Source of the DNA: Antedon mediterranea
Lineage: Eukaryota; Animalia; Echinodermata
Assembly: GCF_964355755.1 (NCBI RefSeq)
Contig: NC_092677.1
Coordinates: forward strand, 24,167,175-24,231,174
Reading direction: 5' to 3'
DNA length: 64,000 nucleotides
Both the position numbers and the translations under genes were made by a program. Below the pieces are notes generated by a model. The model had not been told where the DNA came from and made no database searches. It was given only the letters and a program-made list of their open reading frames with translations. Positions 63,388 through 64,000 of this stretch are shown in pieces (positions within the stretch are counted from its first letter, which is position 1; each line of letters opens with the position of its first letter).

Positions 63388-64000
63388 TTTTACCTACTTA
63401 ATATACAACACTTTTAACGTTATTCTTGTTTTTTTATTTTTGTTTCATTCGTTTTACCTTGCAACATTGACAAAATGGACGTGTAGATGTAGTAGACACT
63501 ATAATAGCCATATCCCAATACACTTCACCCGTAGATAAAGGCTCAACTAATTTCCTTTCTAAACAGATGGTGAATGATCTCTGTCACCCTTGACTGACGA
63601 GCGCCTACCCTTACACTAGGACCTTCTTCTCATAAAAGCAATTTCATTTTTGTTAGAATAATGTATTTTCACGTATATACAGTCGAAAACTGGAATCAGT
63701 CCAACAACCAAAATTGTCTAAAGGTAGCAAATTAACTCCTATTTCAAGATAATTCAGGTTTTATACTGTACAATTAGTCCATCTAGTGTATCCTTGCCTT
63801 GAATATTGATACATTTGAAGTTTAGTAGGATCAGAGGCAGAAAAATTGCAGAGCTATAAACAAAATACACAGCAGGATTTGCATTTTATTGTTAAAATCC
63901 TTTTTGGTGTAGCTCCAGATTGGGAACCTTGAGCCCGTATGTATTTAATCCTTACCTAGCACATGAGTCATGTAAAACGACAGTACGTGTTTCTTAGGCA

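Noticed and set aside
63567-63640. Next GSE1 exon after the acceptor-like tttctaaacag
   Set aside because: Stops occur within 30 nt in all three frames; at most a poison or terminal exon, with no support.

Overview
AT-rich eukaryotic (invertebrate metazoan; a deuterostome such as an echinoderm is my guess, not demonstrated) genomic DNA. Almost the whole window is the 5' part of one large + strand spliced gene, an orthologue of GSE1 (Genetic Suppressor Element 1, CoREST/HDAC1-2/LSD1-associated coiled-coil protein). Eight GT-AG exons (13181-13285, 25179-25397, 28010-28182, 43807-43958, 45865-46062, 59891-60094, 60695-60876, 62835-63049) splice with matching phases into an open frame of 475 codons from ATG 13204, and the gene continues past the window end. 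A CpG-rich putative promoter lies at about 1-1330. The introns are packed with non-autonomous DNA transposons (PIF/Harbinger, Tc1/pogo, Kolobok-like, Mutator foldback, Helentron-type), LINE 3' ends (L2/CR1-like, Rex1/Babar), tRNA-derived SINEs and minisatellites. No prokaryotic features, rRNA, true tRNA or CRISPR were found. The most interesting observations are: (1) the 219-nt phase 1-1 exon matches the human exon that I recall yields circGSE1, and a MITE family flips orientation exactly across it; (2) clusters of nuclear-receptor direct-repeat elements; (3) a heavy load of Tc1/mariner-like excision-footprint words (TACAGTA/TACTGTA/TACTGCAGTA).
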